Below the pieces are notes generated by a model, which saw only the letters and a program-made list of their open reading frames with translations, was not told where the DNA came from and made no database searches. Positions 9,705-19,382 of a DNA stretch of 52,253 nt are shown one piece after another (within the stretch, counting starts at the first letter, position 1; the number at the start of each line of letters is the position of its first letter). A program made the translations under genes and the position numbers. This DNA is from a virus (lineage: Duplodnaviria; Caudoviricetes): positions 1-52,253 of the IMG/VR virus record IMGVR_UViG_3300012663_000440. One strand, written 5' to 3'.

Positions 9705-11087
9705 TTATTTTGCTAAATCTTTGCAGAGATTCCAAAACTCTTCCATTTCTGGAAATGTTTCTAAAAAGTTTACATCTCTGCGTTTGTCATATTCTGTAAA
9801 CCAATTGTAAAAGTCTATACGTCCCTCTTTGACACGATCCTCGTCGTAGTTAGCAGTAGCAAAGTAATCGCGAACTCTGCGGAACTTTTCGTACTCCATA
9901 TCCGTAAACTTTGTAGGATCTTGTTCATCTCTATTATCATCGATGAATTTTAAGATTGCATCGAAGTGTGGCAAGAACTCTTCCTTGGGAAGTATGTTCA
10001 TATCATATTGTAACGGTTCTTTTAGATAAGGTGTATCAAAACGGATCTTTCGACCGTATCCATCTGGATTGAGCATACGCTGATATTTTACACGCCAATC
10101 TAATATCTTTTGCAAGAAGCTAATAAAACTAGTGACACTTAAAATATTAAATGTACACATGATACTAACTGGTGCTTTAGTAGTAGTAAGATATATGTCT
10201 AAGTTCTTTTCCCACAATTCTGTTTTAAGTCCTGTGCGTAAATACTCTGCTCTATTACCCCAACTATCCATACTTGAGAATAACTTGAATGTTTTTACTT
10301 TCTTATTAACTAGCAAGTCGTTAACATTATCTGCTAACTTTTCAACCATAGCACTCTTAACACCTAGATTACTGTTCATGTTAAGTTCAAGATGTGGCTT
10401 TGGCTCTTCACGTAACGTGTCAAACAATCTCCAAGTACTTCGGTGCATTAACGGCTCGCCGCCTGTGATGCGGAGAATGTTTAATGTCTTGCTAACTTCA
10501 GGCCACCATTTCCACCATGCTTCAACATACGGGTTGGCATCTTCTTCGTAAGGTTTAAACCACTCAATATTTAATGTATGATTTTTAACTGTATTATATG
10601 GACCGTGTTGCTTAATTTCACTTTGGAAACTGCTACTGCTCATTGGATGGCAATAACCGCATTTAAAATTGCACTCGTTACTAAATGCAATTTCAATGTA
10701 TTCTGGATTAATATTAAAGTCCCAGGGACTATTTAAAATCTCATTTACTCGTTCTGGCTTATAAATGTTAGCATTTCGATCATGTCGATCACTAATATGC
10801 GTATCACTAAGCCCTTCTACATTCCAACAGTACTGACAGCCAGCAGGCTTTTCGCCTACTAACATTAACGCACGTTCTTTCTTTTTCTCTAGCGTATTGT
10901 GTAGCGCACTAGGATTAGCCGCAATTTCGTCTAATAAAATTGCATGTGGCCTTGGATGGTAACAACTGTGTGTCTGACCTGTGTGCAAATATATACTAGT
11001 GTGATGCCACTTAGCCAAACAAAATGTTGGGCTAATTTCGTTGGTTATTTTAATAACCTTATGTATTCTGTTAGTTTCTTCACTCAT
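9705..11087 (-). CDS. radical SAM protein with N-terminal Cys-rich (twitch-like) domain
   Basis: CNFKCGYC, ITGGEP; FCLAKW..SCYH..GCQYCWNVE. Confidence 0.88.
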   Translation of the reverse strand: MSEETNRIHKVIKITNEISPTFCLAKWHHTSIYLHTGQTHSCYHPRPHAILLDEIAANPSALHNTLEKKKERALMLVGEKPAGCQYCWNVEGLSDTHISDRHDRNANIYKPERVNEILNSPWDFNINPEYIEIAFSNECNFKCGYCHPMSSSSFQSEIKQHGPYNTVKNHTLNIEWFKPYEEDANPYVEAWWKWWPEVSKTLNILRITGGEPLMHRSTWRLFDTLREEPKPHLELNMNSNLGVKSAMVEKLADNVNDLLVNKKVKTFKLFSSMDSWGNRAEYLRTGLKTELWEKNLDIYLTTTKAPVSIMCTFNILSVTSFISFLQKILDWRVKYQRMLNPDGYGRKIRFDTPYLKEPLQYDMNILPKEEFLPHFDAILKFIDDNRDEQDPTKFTDMEYEKFRRVRDYFATANYDEDRVKEGRIDFYNWFTEYDKRRDVNFLETFPEMEEFWNLCKDLAK

Positions 11088-11095
11088 ATGTATAA

Positions 11096-11332
11096 TTATG
11101 TCCAGCGCAGTACAAACCAGTCTAAGTCCGAACGTTTCTTAAATTCAAAAATATGATATGCAGTACGTGCATGATAGCCCAGAGTATCTATGCACCATTG
11201 ATTTATGTTAACATATATTTCTTCGGACAGTGTTTCATTTTTAATTGTTCCGGTATTAAACCAAAATAACGGCTTATCATCTAACACCTCAGTAATCCAT
11301 TTACGTCCTTTTTGTTTATATGTTATAACCAT
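11096..11332 (-). CDS. hypothetical protein
   Basis: 78-aa ORF packed in operon; WC...F...D..WF.LRW small phage-protein pattern. Confidence 0.6.
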   Translation of the reverse strand: MVITYKQKGRKWITEVLDDKPLFWFNTGTIKNETLSEEIYVNINQWCIDTLGYHARTAYHIFEFKKRSDLDWFVLRWT

Positions 11333-12096
11333 ACTTTCATATTTTCAGAAATAGTTTTGTAAAGATAGTTTGCTATTCTTTTATAGCCTTGTTGATTTGG
11401 ATGCAAACAGTGAGAACGATCTCCGTCTTCTAGAACACATGCTAGGCTAGTTACACCGCCCCCTTGGACAAAGGTGTGTAGATTACTATCAAGGTCGACA
11501 ACTTCGTTGAGAGGAAGAATACCTTCCCAAGCAGAACCGTAAATAAAATTATAACCCTTAGCTTTGCAATAATATTGCATTGTTTTAAGATAGAATGCAG
11601 TTTCTAAGTAAGCATCGTCATCGCTTTTTACAACATCTTTAATGTATTTTTTAAAAATTGGATCGGTATGATTACCAGCTGGTGAAAAACTTTTTAATTG
11701 TTTATCTGAGTAAAAACTAAAACGAACAGTATTAGTTAATAGCCATATAACTGTTACATGGTCGTAGTCTTGTTTATGGTCTTCGTCATACTCGTTAATA
11801 AGTCGTTTAACGCTTGCAGAGTTTGAATCACCACCGACACCATAATTAATTAAGTCACACTCTAATAGCTCTGCAAGAACTGCCGGCCAGCCAGTTTTGT
11901 AGAATCTATCATTACTCATGCCATACATTTCTTTAGAACCAATTTCTTTATTCATATACTGAGATAACAGTGTAGGCTCGTAAGAGCCTACACCGTGTGT
12001 CCAGCTATCGCCAAGTGTAATTAGTAACTTATTGTGACCTGATTTTTTATAAAAAGGATAGGTCGGAATGTGAATATTATCAGGTCCAGAGTCCAT
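11323..12096 (-). CDS. SGNH/GDSL-like protein
   Basis: LGDSWTHG, NYGVGGDSN, CLHPNQQGY. Confidence 0.72.
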   Translation of the reverse strand: MDSGPDNIHIPTYPFYKKSGHNKLLITLGDSWTHGVGSYEPTLLSQYMNKEIGSKEMYGMSNDRFYKTGWPAVLAELLECDLINYGVGGDSNSASVKRLINEYDEDHKQDYDHVTVIWLLTNTVRFSFYSDKQLKSFSPAGNHTDPIFKKYIKDVVKSDDDAYLETAFYLKTMQYYCKAKGYNFIYGSAWEGILPLNEVVDLDSNLHTFVQGGGVTSLACVLEDGDRSHCLHPNQQGYKRIANYLYKTISENMKVWL

Positions 12097-12919
12097 TGCG
12101 TACCTTAATTAAACGAATCATCATAGCTTCGTCTTCCTTTTCGTAAGCATTTTCAATCTTTTGAAGTAGCTTGTGAGCTTTATCGCTAGCCTTTTTAAGT
12201 GTAGGATCTTTTTCTTGTCCCCAATTTAGCTTGCCACCGTTAGCAATACGACTTGCTTCACATGCCGCAGTCCATCCACTTGCTTCATATGGATCAGGAC
12301 GGTTGCGATAAGTTACAGTCCACCATGTGTACAGCTCTTTGATCTCTTTCGCACGTTCTGCTTGACCAGTTGGCTTGCCGTAGTCTGGATGATCTGGCTC
12401 ACACCAGTCAGTGTTAGTCAGTGTCATTGCCCAGTCGAGATGATCAATGCCTGCTTGAGGACAACGCCACGTTCTCCAGCGAAACCATCCACTGGCGTAA
12501 AAAGGAGGATCATACTTTGCACGAGCTTCTTTGTCACCCCATGCTATATGACTCCATGCAGTTTCGATTTCAACAAAGTCAACAAGTTCGTTAAAAAGAC
12601 ATGGAAGGAATCGATTCCCAACATCGCACCAAGCGCCAGGACGAATATCCCGAACATGAGCAGTAAGACTATGAGTGCGAGTAACCCAACGATTGTTAAT
12701 ATAATACTTGAGATCATAAATTTTCCTTACAGGCCATGTAACAAAATCTTGGATATGTCCAAGAGCTTCTTCCGCTAGCCAATAACGGAAGTTATGTTTC
12801 ATTTGTGCCGCAGTAGTCCAGTCGTCCCACTCTTCGGCTGTGCCTGCACTAAGTTTTTTAGTGCCTCGAAGCCAATCGGCAAAAGGAGTACAACTCCAAT
12901 AATTGCTATGATGTGCCAT
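12080..12919 (-). CDS. Trp-rich phage hypothetical protein
   Basis: Long ORF, AAGGA SD before MAHHSNY. Confidence 0.7.
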   Translation of the reverse strand: MAHHSNYWSCTPFADWLRGTKKLSAGTAEEWDDWTTAAQMKHNFRYWLAEEALGHIQDFVTWPVRKIYDLKYYINNRWVTRTHSLTAHVRDIRPGAWCDVGNRFLPCLFNELVDFVEIETAWSHIAWGDKEARAKYDPPFYASGWFRWRTWRCPQAGIDHLDWAMTLTNTDWCEPDHPDYGKPTGQAERAKEIKELYTWWTVTYRNRPDPYEASGWTAACEASRIANGGKLNWGQEKDPTLKKASDKAHKLLQKIENAYEKEDEAMMIRLIKVRNGLWT

Positions 12920-12942
12920 TTTTATTCCTTTTATCTTTACAT

Positions 12943-12971
12943 ATAATAACACACGACTGCTAACGAGTCAA
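12943..12971 (-). promoter_or_regulatory. sigma70-like promoter
   Basis: TTGACT-N17-TATTAT. Confidence 0.6.
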
Positions 12972-12976
12972 GTGGT

Positions 12977-13702
12977 TTAAATATTATTTTTGGTGTAAAT
13001 ATTTTTTTGAAATCCTGTAGTTAAATCCACTATTTTATTTTTTGTAAAAAAATCAAACACCTTGTCGGCTAATATCTTATGATTAACTTCAGTTAGGTGA
13101 TTCCATCTAAGATCGGGCGCTTTCTTATAAAACGCATTACACGTTTCTAAATCATCAAATTCAGAATTTGAAAGATCAAATAGATTTCCAATTACTCCCG
13201 GAATATCTTTAAATCCCGGAATAATTAAAAACTTTACACCTAAACTTTCAACCCGTTGAGCTGTGTATACTGTCGCCCAAAATATTGCATCGTATATTGA
13301 CTCAGCAGCCGTATCTGAATGCAGGTATGTTGTGTATTGTAAAATAGCCGCACGTTCTTCTTTTGTAATGCCAGGTTCTACATTAATATTTGCAGTTGCA
13401 TGATGCAATGCTACATCGGGACGCCGCTCAATTAACCATCTTCTATTGATACTGGTAGCAGAGACAACAACGTAATCACCTTCCTTAACTTCTGATATCC
13501 TAGTCATCAGTCTATGAAAAATAAATTCGTTAGAACATCCTACGATCGAATCATTGATGTGTTCTGTAGTACCTGTTAGTTTCTCAGAAAGAATACTGGT
13601 CCAGTTTTTTTCTAGAGGAAGAAATTTATGAATTCGTTCTTTGTTTATTTCATCATAATATTTGCTATCGCAGGAGTAACTATCACCAAAGACGTATAAC
13701 AT
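12977..13702 (-). CDS. SGNH-like protein
   Basis: MLYVFGDSYS, GCSN, NHL...H..LA. Confidence 0.6.
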   Translation of the reverse strand: MLYVFGDSYSCDSKYYDEINKERIHKFLPLEKNWTSILSEKLTGTTEHINDSIVGCSNEFIFHRLMTRISEVKEGDYVVVSATSINRRWLIERRPDVALHHATANINVEPGITKEERAAILQYTTYLHSDTAAESIYDAIFWATVYTAQRVESLGVKFLIIPGFKDIPGVIGNLFDLSNSEFDDLETCNAFYKKAPDLRWNHLTEVNHKILADKVFDFFTKNKIVDLTTGFQKNIYTKNNI

Positions 13703-13706
13703 GTGT

Positions 13707-14075
13707 TTATTTCTTAACAAATGGAGCCAACTCAGGAGCCTTCCACCCCACTGGCTTTAACACTTTACCATCTTCACGTTTACGCACTTTGCCAGTTTCT
13801 TTGTCAATTTTAGCAAAGTTAGTTTGCATAACTTCTTTCCACGCACCTTCTGCATCTGCGCCCATGCTATGAATAGTACCAATAGTAACAACTAAGATGT
13901 CAATAAGTGCATCTAGTGTTTCTACTTTGTCGTTATTATCTATTGCCACAGCCAGCTCTCTGGTTTCTTCTTCAATAAGTTTTAGATACATATTGAATTG
14001 GTTTTGATTAAATTCCTCGACTGTTTGGTCGCAGGCCCGCATAAACTTTTCTTGATCTCTAAAAGGGTTTGTCAT
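13707..14075 (-). CDS. MazG-like / PRA-PH nucleoside triphosphate pyrophosphohydrolase
   Basis: LIEEETREL, DALIDILVV, EVMQTNFAK, REDGKVLKP.GW..P. Confidence 0.85.
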   Translation of the reverse strand: MTNPFRDQEKFMRACDQTVEEFNQNQFNMYLKLIEEETRELAVAIDNNDKVETLDALIDILVVTIGTIHSMGADAEGAWKEVMQTNFAKIDKETGKVRKREDGKVLKPVGWKAPELAPFVKK

Positions 14076-14302
14076 TATATCATCCTATCTATTTGGTTTG
14101 GTTGGTTGTATTTGTTTAATACGCCTTGACTATTATAAATTTCTATACTGTCGTAATAAATCCGTGTGATCACAGAACCGTTAGGATAAGTGGTTTGTTG
14201 CCACGATTCTTGTTTAATTACGCTTCTATCTACTGCCGCAGTGGGCAATATACCAGATGTGCTAGTCTTGTATAATGTTATAGGTACAACTGAATCACTC
14301 AT
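14075..14302 (-). CDS. hypothetical protein
   Basis: 75-aa ORF overlapping both neighbours by 1-4 nt. Confidence 0.55.
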   Translation of the reverse strand: MSDSVVPITLYKTSTSGILPTAAVDRSVIKQESWQQTTYPNGSVITRIYYDSIEIYNSQGVLNKYNQPNQIDRMI

Positions 14303-15618
14303 AATTTTTCTTCGGGTACAAATCCGCGGAAGCCTTTAAATCTTGGAAAGCGCAAACTATATGTACCATCTTGATTTTGTGTTACCGCGTCAGCACGAAC
14401 CTCAACAATATTTCTGATAAGAGTATCACGACTGCTCCAGTAAGTATCACGATTACTATCGGTAAAGCCACTTCCAACATTGACTCTGATTTGTCGTCCA
14501 TCATCTTCTCCTTCGCATACTAGCGCACCAAGTTTACCTATATTTTTACCTGTACCTTCTTCTACTGCTACTACTGCTAAACTAACTTCAATAAATGGTT
14601 TCAACTTCAGCCATGCTACACTACGTTTACATTCATATCCAGCATTGGGATCTTTAATCATAATGCCTTCGTACCCGCCTGCAATTGCTTGGGCATTAAT
14701 TTCTTTAAAACGCAATTGACCTTCATCTGTATCTAAGTTGATCCTGTCAGCTGCCAGACATTTTACGTTAGGTATAATTTCATGGTTTTGATCTACCCAT
14801 GCTTGTACCATCAATGTACGGGTAATTTGCATCATGTCCCATTTGCCTTCTAGAAATTTATCTAATGGACACATGTCAAATAGATATAAAGTAGCATCAC
14901 TTGCTTCTACATTATCCTTGCGATGGACTTGTTTCATTAAGTCTTGAAAACTGCTAGACATAATCTCGCCGTCTAGTACCAAGTCATAAGGTGGTGGAGT
15001 TTTCTTGACTACCGCACTAATCTGTTCTGCTATATGCGGAAAGTTAACAAGCTCTTTACCGTTGCGGCTAAACATATCAACACGCCCGTCTGCACGAACA
15101 ATAGTGATAACACGGACACCGTCGAGTTTAACTTCGATAAGTTTATCACCAGATACTTTCGATTCATGATTAGCACTATCATGAGCAAGCTGACATCCAA
15201 ACACAGGAATAGCATACTGAGCATATTTCTTCTCTACAACTTTGTTGATTGTTTTTTCACTAGTACCGCAACGTAAATCTTTAATAAGGATACGGCGGTA
15301 CCAGCCGTTCCATTCATTTTTAGTAGATAGTGTTATAGCTTCAGCAATGGCATCGCGAGCATCGTGGCCGGTGAGGTTACGATTGCGTAGGTTGCCAGCA
15401 AGCACAATAAAACTATCCCAATTGAACCCAGGGCCGTCTTCATCTTTTTTCTCCGGAACTTGTTTAACACCAAAAGTAATCATTGGGTCAAGGGCAAGCC
15501 GACACCCCTCAAAAAACTCATCGTTATTGCCTTGGGCAATAACTTCGATGATAGCTTCTTTATCTAAACGGGAATTATGGGTTTCTAAATCCCAAATGTG
15601 ACTAGCACAAACGCTCAT
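14299..15618 (-). CDS. lig: ATP-dependent DNA ligase
   Basis: KLDGVR (motif I), SRNG, LDGEI, LFD, EGIMIK, WLKLKP, VGSGF, SLRFPRF. Confidence 0.95.
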   Translation of the reverse strand: MSVCASHIWDLETHNSRLDKEAIIEVIAQGNNDEFFEGCRLALDPMITFGVKQVPEKKDEDGPGFNWDSFIVLAGNLRNRNLTGHDARDAIAEAITLSTKNEWNGWYRRILIKDLRCGTSEKTINKVVEKKYAQYAIPVFGCQLAHDSANHESKVSGDKLIEVKLDGVRVITIVRADGRVDMFSRNGKELVNFPHIAEQISAVVKKTPPPYDLVLDGEIMSSSFQDLMKQVHRKDNVEASDATLYLFDMCPLDKFLEGKWDMMQITRTLMVQAWVDQNHEIIPNVKCLAADRINLDTDEGQLRFKEINAQAIAGGYEGIMIKDPNAGYECKRSVAWLKLKPFIEVSLAVVAVEEGTGKNIGKLGALVCEGEDDGRQIRVNVGSGFTDSNRDTYWSSRDTLIRNIVEVRADAVTQNQDGTYSLRFPRFKGFRGFVPEEKL

Positions 15619-15650
15619 ATTGACTCCGATGATTAACTGTATAAGTGTAT

Positions 15651-15679
15651 ATTATACAATCTAATTATCAGTAAGTCAA
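15651..15679 (-). promoter_or_regulatory. sigma70-like promoter for ligase
   Basis: TTGACT-N17-TATAAT. Confidence 0.75.
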
Positions 15680-16396
15680 GTGATTTGTAGTCTTAAATGG
15701 TTTACCGATGTAAGCATATTCTAATTGACTCATTATTTTACGCTTCATTTGGCAAACTTTTGGATGTGTATGATCGTACTCAAACGCTTTCATAAAGCGT
15801 CCCCAACCATTTGGGCGTACTCTTTTTGGTACAGGGCTGTCCAAATACTCTTTAATAGCCCGAGTATCCAAACCAAATTTATCAATCATATCCTGAGCTA
15901 GATTGAAACTGTGTGCGCCCATTTCATCTCTGTGCCCATAGTACTCTTGCTCTCTACGATCTTTGGCATAGTAGGCCGTGCTTTCGTAGCCGGGAATATC
16001 TTTGAATTTTCTAGCACGATATTGACGAGTATGAATAATCTCGTGTAGCACTGTATCGGCAAATAAGCAACACATACGCTCCCAACGATACAAGCTGGTT
16101 TTCATAGTTTCGGCAGTTGTTGGAAATGCCAATTCTACTTCAATAAATCGCTTGTTTCCTGCGCTATCAAGATAGCTGTGATATGCGCCACCAATCCAAA
16201 CTTCGCCTTTTTTAACGGGTTTATGTCTGTTGCTGGTTATTTTAAGCGGAAGATGAGCTTTAACGTGTTTGCTTATAATGCTAGTAATTTCGCCAAAAGA
16301 TAACCGTTTGTCTACAATCTCAGATTTGAGTTCGTAGAGCATAGAGTACAACGTAGCACGGTCTAATTGGGACCAGTTAAAAGCCTGACGGGCCAT
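15668..16396 (-). CDS. HExxH zincin-like protein
   Basis: DTVLHEIIHTRQ...EYYGHRDEMGAHS; paralog of 23967-24629. Confidence 0.6.
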   Translation of the reverse strand: MARQAFNWSQLDRATLYSMLYELKSEIVDKRLSFGEITSIISKHVKAHLPLKITSNRHKPVKKGEVWIGGAYHSYLDSAGNKRFIEVELAFPTTAETMKTSLYRWERMCCLFADTVLHEIIHTRQYRARKFKDIPGYESTAYYAKDRREQEYYGHRDEMGAHSFNLAQDMIDKFGLDTRAIKEYLDSPVPKRVRPNGWGRFMKAFEYDHTHPKVCQMKRKIMSQLEYAYIGKPFKTTNHLTY

Positions 16397-16433
16397 AGTA
16401 CACTCCTGATATTGTATTTATAGTGTACTATGG
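16393..16433 (-). promoter_or_regulatory. T4-type late promoter TATAAATA within an RBS/AUG-sequestering hairpin
   Basis: Perfect 12-bp inverted repeat CCATAGTACACT/AGTGTACTATGG; TATAAATA at 16415-16422; AGGAG and ATG at the 3' arm. Confidence 0.75.
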
Positions 16434-16453
16434 ATTTCAGTTATCTGCGTACT

Positions 16454-17074
16454 TTATGGACGTTTTTCAATGACTTTATCAGCCAGCCCGTATTCTACAG
16501 CTTCTTTTGCACTCAAAAACGTATCAAATTTCATAGCTTCGAATAGCTGTTCATACGTCTTTCCAGCGGTATTATGCTTAACATACAGCTCAGTTAGACG
16601 TTGATTAATACGCTGGCTTTCTTCAAAACTACGTTTAGCATCTTCAAACTGTAGTTCTTGTACATGAACGCTACCACGTGTGCCCGGAGTGCCCGAACTA
16701 ACACGATGAATCATTGTACGTGCTTCTGGCAAAACATACCGTTTACCTGCGGCACCGGCTTGAGCAAGGAATGACCCCATAGAGCAAGCCTGTCCCATGA
16801 CGTAGGTAGCAACATCTGGTTTGATGAATTGCATGGTATCGTAAATAGCAAGGCCAGCAGTAACGGAACCCCCAGGGCTATTGATAAAGAAGGTAATGTC
16901 TTCATTGCCTTGACTCTCCAAAAAGAGCAACTGAGCAACCAGCAAGCTCGATGTATGCTCGTTAACATCCGTGTCTAACATCACTACACGGTCTTTAAGC
17001 AAACGACTATAAATGTCGTAAGCACGTTCGCCTTTCGGCTCACTTTCAATTACCATCGGTACCAAATTTGGCAT
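16454..17074 (-). CDS. clpP: ATP-dependent Clp protease proteolytic subunit
   Basis: LVPMVIE...[26 protein letters not shown] (Ser), MIH (His), FDTFLSA.EA.EYGL.D. Confidence 0.93.
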   Translation of the reverse strand: MPNLVPMVIESEPKGERAYDIYSRLLKDRVVMLDTDVNEHTSSLLVAQLLFLESQGNEDITFFINSPGGSVTAGLAIYDTMQFIKPDVATYVMGQACSMGSFLAQAGAAGKRYVLPEARTMIHRVSSGTPGTRGSVHVQELQFEDAKRSFEESQRINQRLTELYVKHNTAGKTYEQLFEAMKFDTFLSAKEAVEYGLADKVIEKRP

Positions 17075-17082
17075 ACTATTCC

Positions 17083-17481
17083 TTATTGTGTTTCTTTTGC
17101 TAATTGTTTGTATCCTGCCCAACTGGGGTGGATCTTATCTGCTTGTAATCGTGTAATCGGTAATACCGTATCGCCGTATTGAGCGGCTATCTTTTTAACA
17201 ATTTCTTGAATATCAGGTTTGATCGCAGGCAGTATCCAAAATACACGATCGGCCTTTGTTAGTTCGCGAATGGTACGCAATTCACTTTCTGTTTTAACAT
17301 ACTTGTGATCGTTACTACCTAAACTAATAATAACAGTTTTGGCCTGTAAAGGTGTATTCTGAATATTTTTATCTAGCCATTGTTTGCTGTTGATACCGCC
17401 CTTAACATACGCAACACATTCTGTGCGTACTTGTGCAGTACCAACACCAATACTATCTCCAACTATTAAGCAATCAATCAT
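17083..17481 (-). CDS. small SGNH hydrolase-fold protein
   Basis: VGDSIG, SLGSND, DKIHP..GY. Confidence 0.75.
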   Translation of the reverse strand: MIDCLIVGDSIGVGTAQVRTECVAYVKGGINSKQWLDKNIQNTPLQAKTVIISLGSNDHKYVKTESELRTIRELTKADRVFWILPAIKPDIQEIVKKIAAQYGDTVLPITRLQADKIHPSWAGYKQLAKETQ

Positions 17482-18035
17482 TGTTTATCTAATTCTTTAA
17501 ATGCTTCCGGAGCACGTTGAGCAGCCATTGTTCGTTGCTTTTGTGCATCATTATACTTACGAAGTATATTGGCATCACCTGTTGGCAATACTACTAATAC
17601 ATAAGTTCGATAACGAGTACCTTCTGCAACTACTTTATGTTCCTTAACTTCAACACCAGTTAGGTCAACTGACTTACAACTAGTTTTGATAGCCTGTTCG
17701 CTAAGTTCAGTAGATGTTGCTTCTGAATCAGTTCGAAAAACTTTTGTTTGTTGACTAGCAGTACCGCCAGCTAACATACAAATTTTTCCGTATGCAGTGG
17801 CTTTTGCTTTTGCATCAGCCATCATCCAGTCGCCGCTTACCGCAGTACCAGTTTCATATACTGCAGAATTACTAAGCGGTAGTTCGAACATCCACTTAGG
17901 TGCTTTGTCAATCGATCTCTCAATATAACGTTCTTGACGATCACGTTCCATATTAGCACGTTTTTGGTACGGATCAGATGTTCCACAAGCCGCTAGCATA
18001 GCAACAATAGGAATTAGCAATAGAGTTTTTTTCAT
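17478..18035 (-). CDS. lipoprotein (LPP20-like)
   Basis: Signal peptide with lipobox LAAC; P.W and A...A..KA pattern. Confidence 0.65.
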   Translation of the reverse strand: MKKTLLLIPIVAMLAACGTSDPYQKRANMERDRQERYIERSIDKAPKWMFELPLSNSAVYETGTAVSGDWMMADAKAKATAYGKICMLAGGTASQQTKVFRTDSEATSTELSEQAIKTSCKSVDLTGVEVKEHKVVAEGTRYRTYVLVVLPTGDANILRKYNDAQKQRTMAAQRAPEAFKELDKQ

Positions 18036-18157
18036 TATCGTCCACCGATCTTTTCTTTAGTGTAATCAGCGGCTGACGAAATGTCTTTGCCAAGCCCTGA
18101 AACTGTTGAACATGCAGCCATATTAGCCGCCAAAATAAGTGTTAGAAAAATCTTCAT
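18035..18157 (-). CDS. entericidin EcnA/B-like small lipoprotein (not in ORF track)
   Basis: MKIFLTLILAANMAACSTVSGLGKDISSAADYTKEKIGGR; C.T..G.GKDI signature. Confidence 0.7.
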   Translation of the reverse strand: MKIFLTLILAANMAACSTVSGLGKDISSAADYTKEKIGGR

Positions 18158-18282
18158 TTTGCCATCTCCGTCGATTGAGTTTTAATGGTATCCACGCCTT
18201 TGTCAAAGATACGAGCAATGCCGGAAAATCCAACAGTAGCTAGTACTAGTCCAAAAACTGTGCCTATAATAAAAGCCTTCAT
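18154..18282 (-). CDS. small membrane protein (not in ORF track)
   Basis: MKAFIIGTVFGLVLATVGFSGIARIFDKGVDTIKTQSTEMAK; GAGG SD; stop overlaps next ATG. Confidence 0.65.
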   Translation of the reverse strand: MKAFIIGTVFGLVLATVGFSGIARIFDKGVDTIKTQSTEMAK

Positions 18283-18313
18283 AAATGCCTCTCTGTGTGT
18301 TAATCTAGTTTAT

Positions 18314-18342
18314 ATTATACAGTCTTGATTACCACTTGTCAA
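18314..18342 (-). promoter_or_regulatory. consensus sigma70 (early) promoter
   Basis: TTGACA-N17-TATAAT exact. Confidence 0.85.
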
Positions 18343-18688
18343 CAACTATCCAACCTTGGTTGTCCGTTTGACAAATTACACCGTGGGTAATCCTAAGAAC
18401 CTTTTTTTGGCGATAATGTTCTTTGAACAATCGGCATTGGGCATTCCGGTGAGTAAAGTAAAAATTCATTTTTGGAACTTCTGGCAACTCAATTTCGGAA
18501 ACCAAATCCCCAATTTTAACAGGACGGAACTCAGGAACTTTACCTTCACTGCATTTTATAATAGATTCTTGTTTAGTACTTTCGGGCCCGTTATCATTAG
18601 ATATAATTTGAGTAACTGATTGTACAGCACATCCGGCCCACACGGACCCCGATAATGCTAGCAAGGTAACAGCAAGGATTTTTTTCAT
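18329..18688 (-). CDS. secreted hypothetical protein
   Basis: Signal peptide MKKILAVTLLALSGSVWA; 4 Cys. Confidence 0.65.
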   Translation of the reverse strand: MKKILAVTLLALSGSVWAGCAVQSVTQIISNDNGPESTKQESIIKCSEGKVPEFRPVKIGDLVSEIELPEVPKMNFYFTHRNAQCRLFKEHYRQKKVLRITHGVICQTDNQGWIVVDKW

Positions 18689-18945
18689 TTGTTGCATGAA
18701 TAAGCATACCACCAAATAGTAGCTTTGAGTCTACTATTATATGCTCGATTCTGTTCAGTTAGTTCATCAGGATCTTGGGCAAAGTTTTTAATCTTTTGGA
18801 TAGTGCGTAGCTCCTTGAGCTGGCTATCTTTTTTGTCACATGATGGTTCGTAAGCAACTAATTGTTCATAGGTTAGAATGTTAGTAGAAGTAGCATCGCT
18901 ACACCCTACTAACAAACCTACAAAAACTAGTGCTAGAAACTTCAC
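18685..18945 (-). CDS. lipoprotein
   Basis: Lipobox LVGC after a hydrophobic stretch; GTG start. Confidence 0.65.
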   Translation of the reverse strand: MKFLALVFVGLLVGCSDATSTNILTYEQLVAYEPSCDKKDSQLKELRTIQKIKNFAQDPDELTEQNRAYNSRLKATIWWYAYSCNK

Positions 18946-19382
18946 TTATAACTTTCATCTAAATTTACGTTAGTCAAACCCGCAATAGTCTGGAACTTAT
19001 CCCATGCTTGCTTTGCGGCAGGATTCTTTTCTAATTCTGCGTTTGGCAAAACTGTTTCTAACCAAATTTCTGGACGTCGACTAGGGTGTGCGCCAAACTT
19101 GCGTGGCTGATGTAGTTTGCCAGTTTCCCAAAGTTCAATACTTACACTACGAAATTGATCTTCGTCAGTGTAGCCAGCCCATTCGGGATTGCTATGACTA
19201 AAGAATCCTTGGTTGTAGGCATTTTCTGTGCCACCACCGTAGCCAATCCAAATGCCTGACCACTGGTCTGCATCACGAGGATCAAAATCTGTACGGGTGA
19301 TAATAACTAGCACATCATCAATGTCTACAGTGCCATCAACAATATCACGAACACATCGGCTGTAACTTAGTCCAACTTTCAT
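18942..19382 (-). CDS. phage hypothetical protein
   Basis: ORF with 4-nt overlaps to neighbours. Confidence 0.7.
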   Translation of the reverse strand: MKVGLSYSRCVRDIVDGTVDIDDVLVIITRTDFDPRDADQWSGIWIGYGGGTENAYNQGFFSHSNPEWAGYTDEDQFRSVSIELWETGKLHQPRKFGAHPSRRPEIWLETVLPNAELEKNPAAKQAWDKFQTIAGLTNVNLDESYK

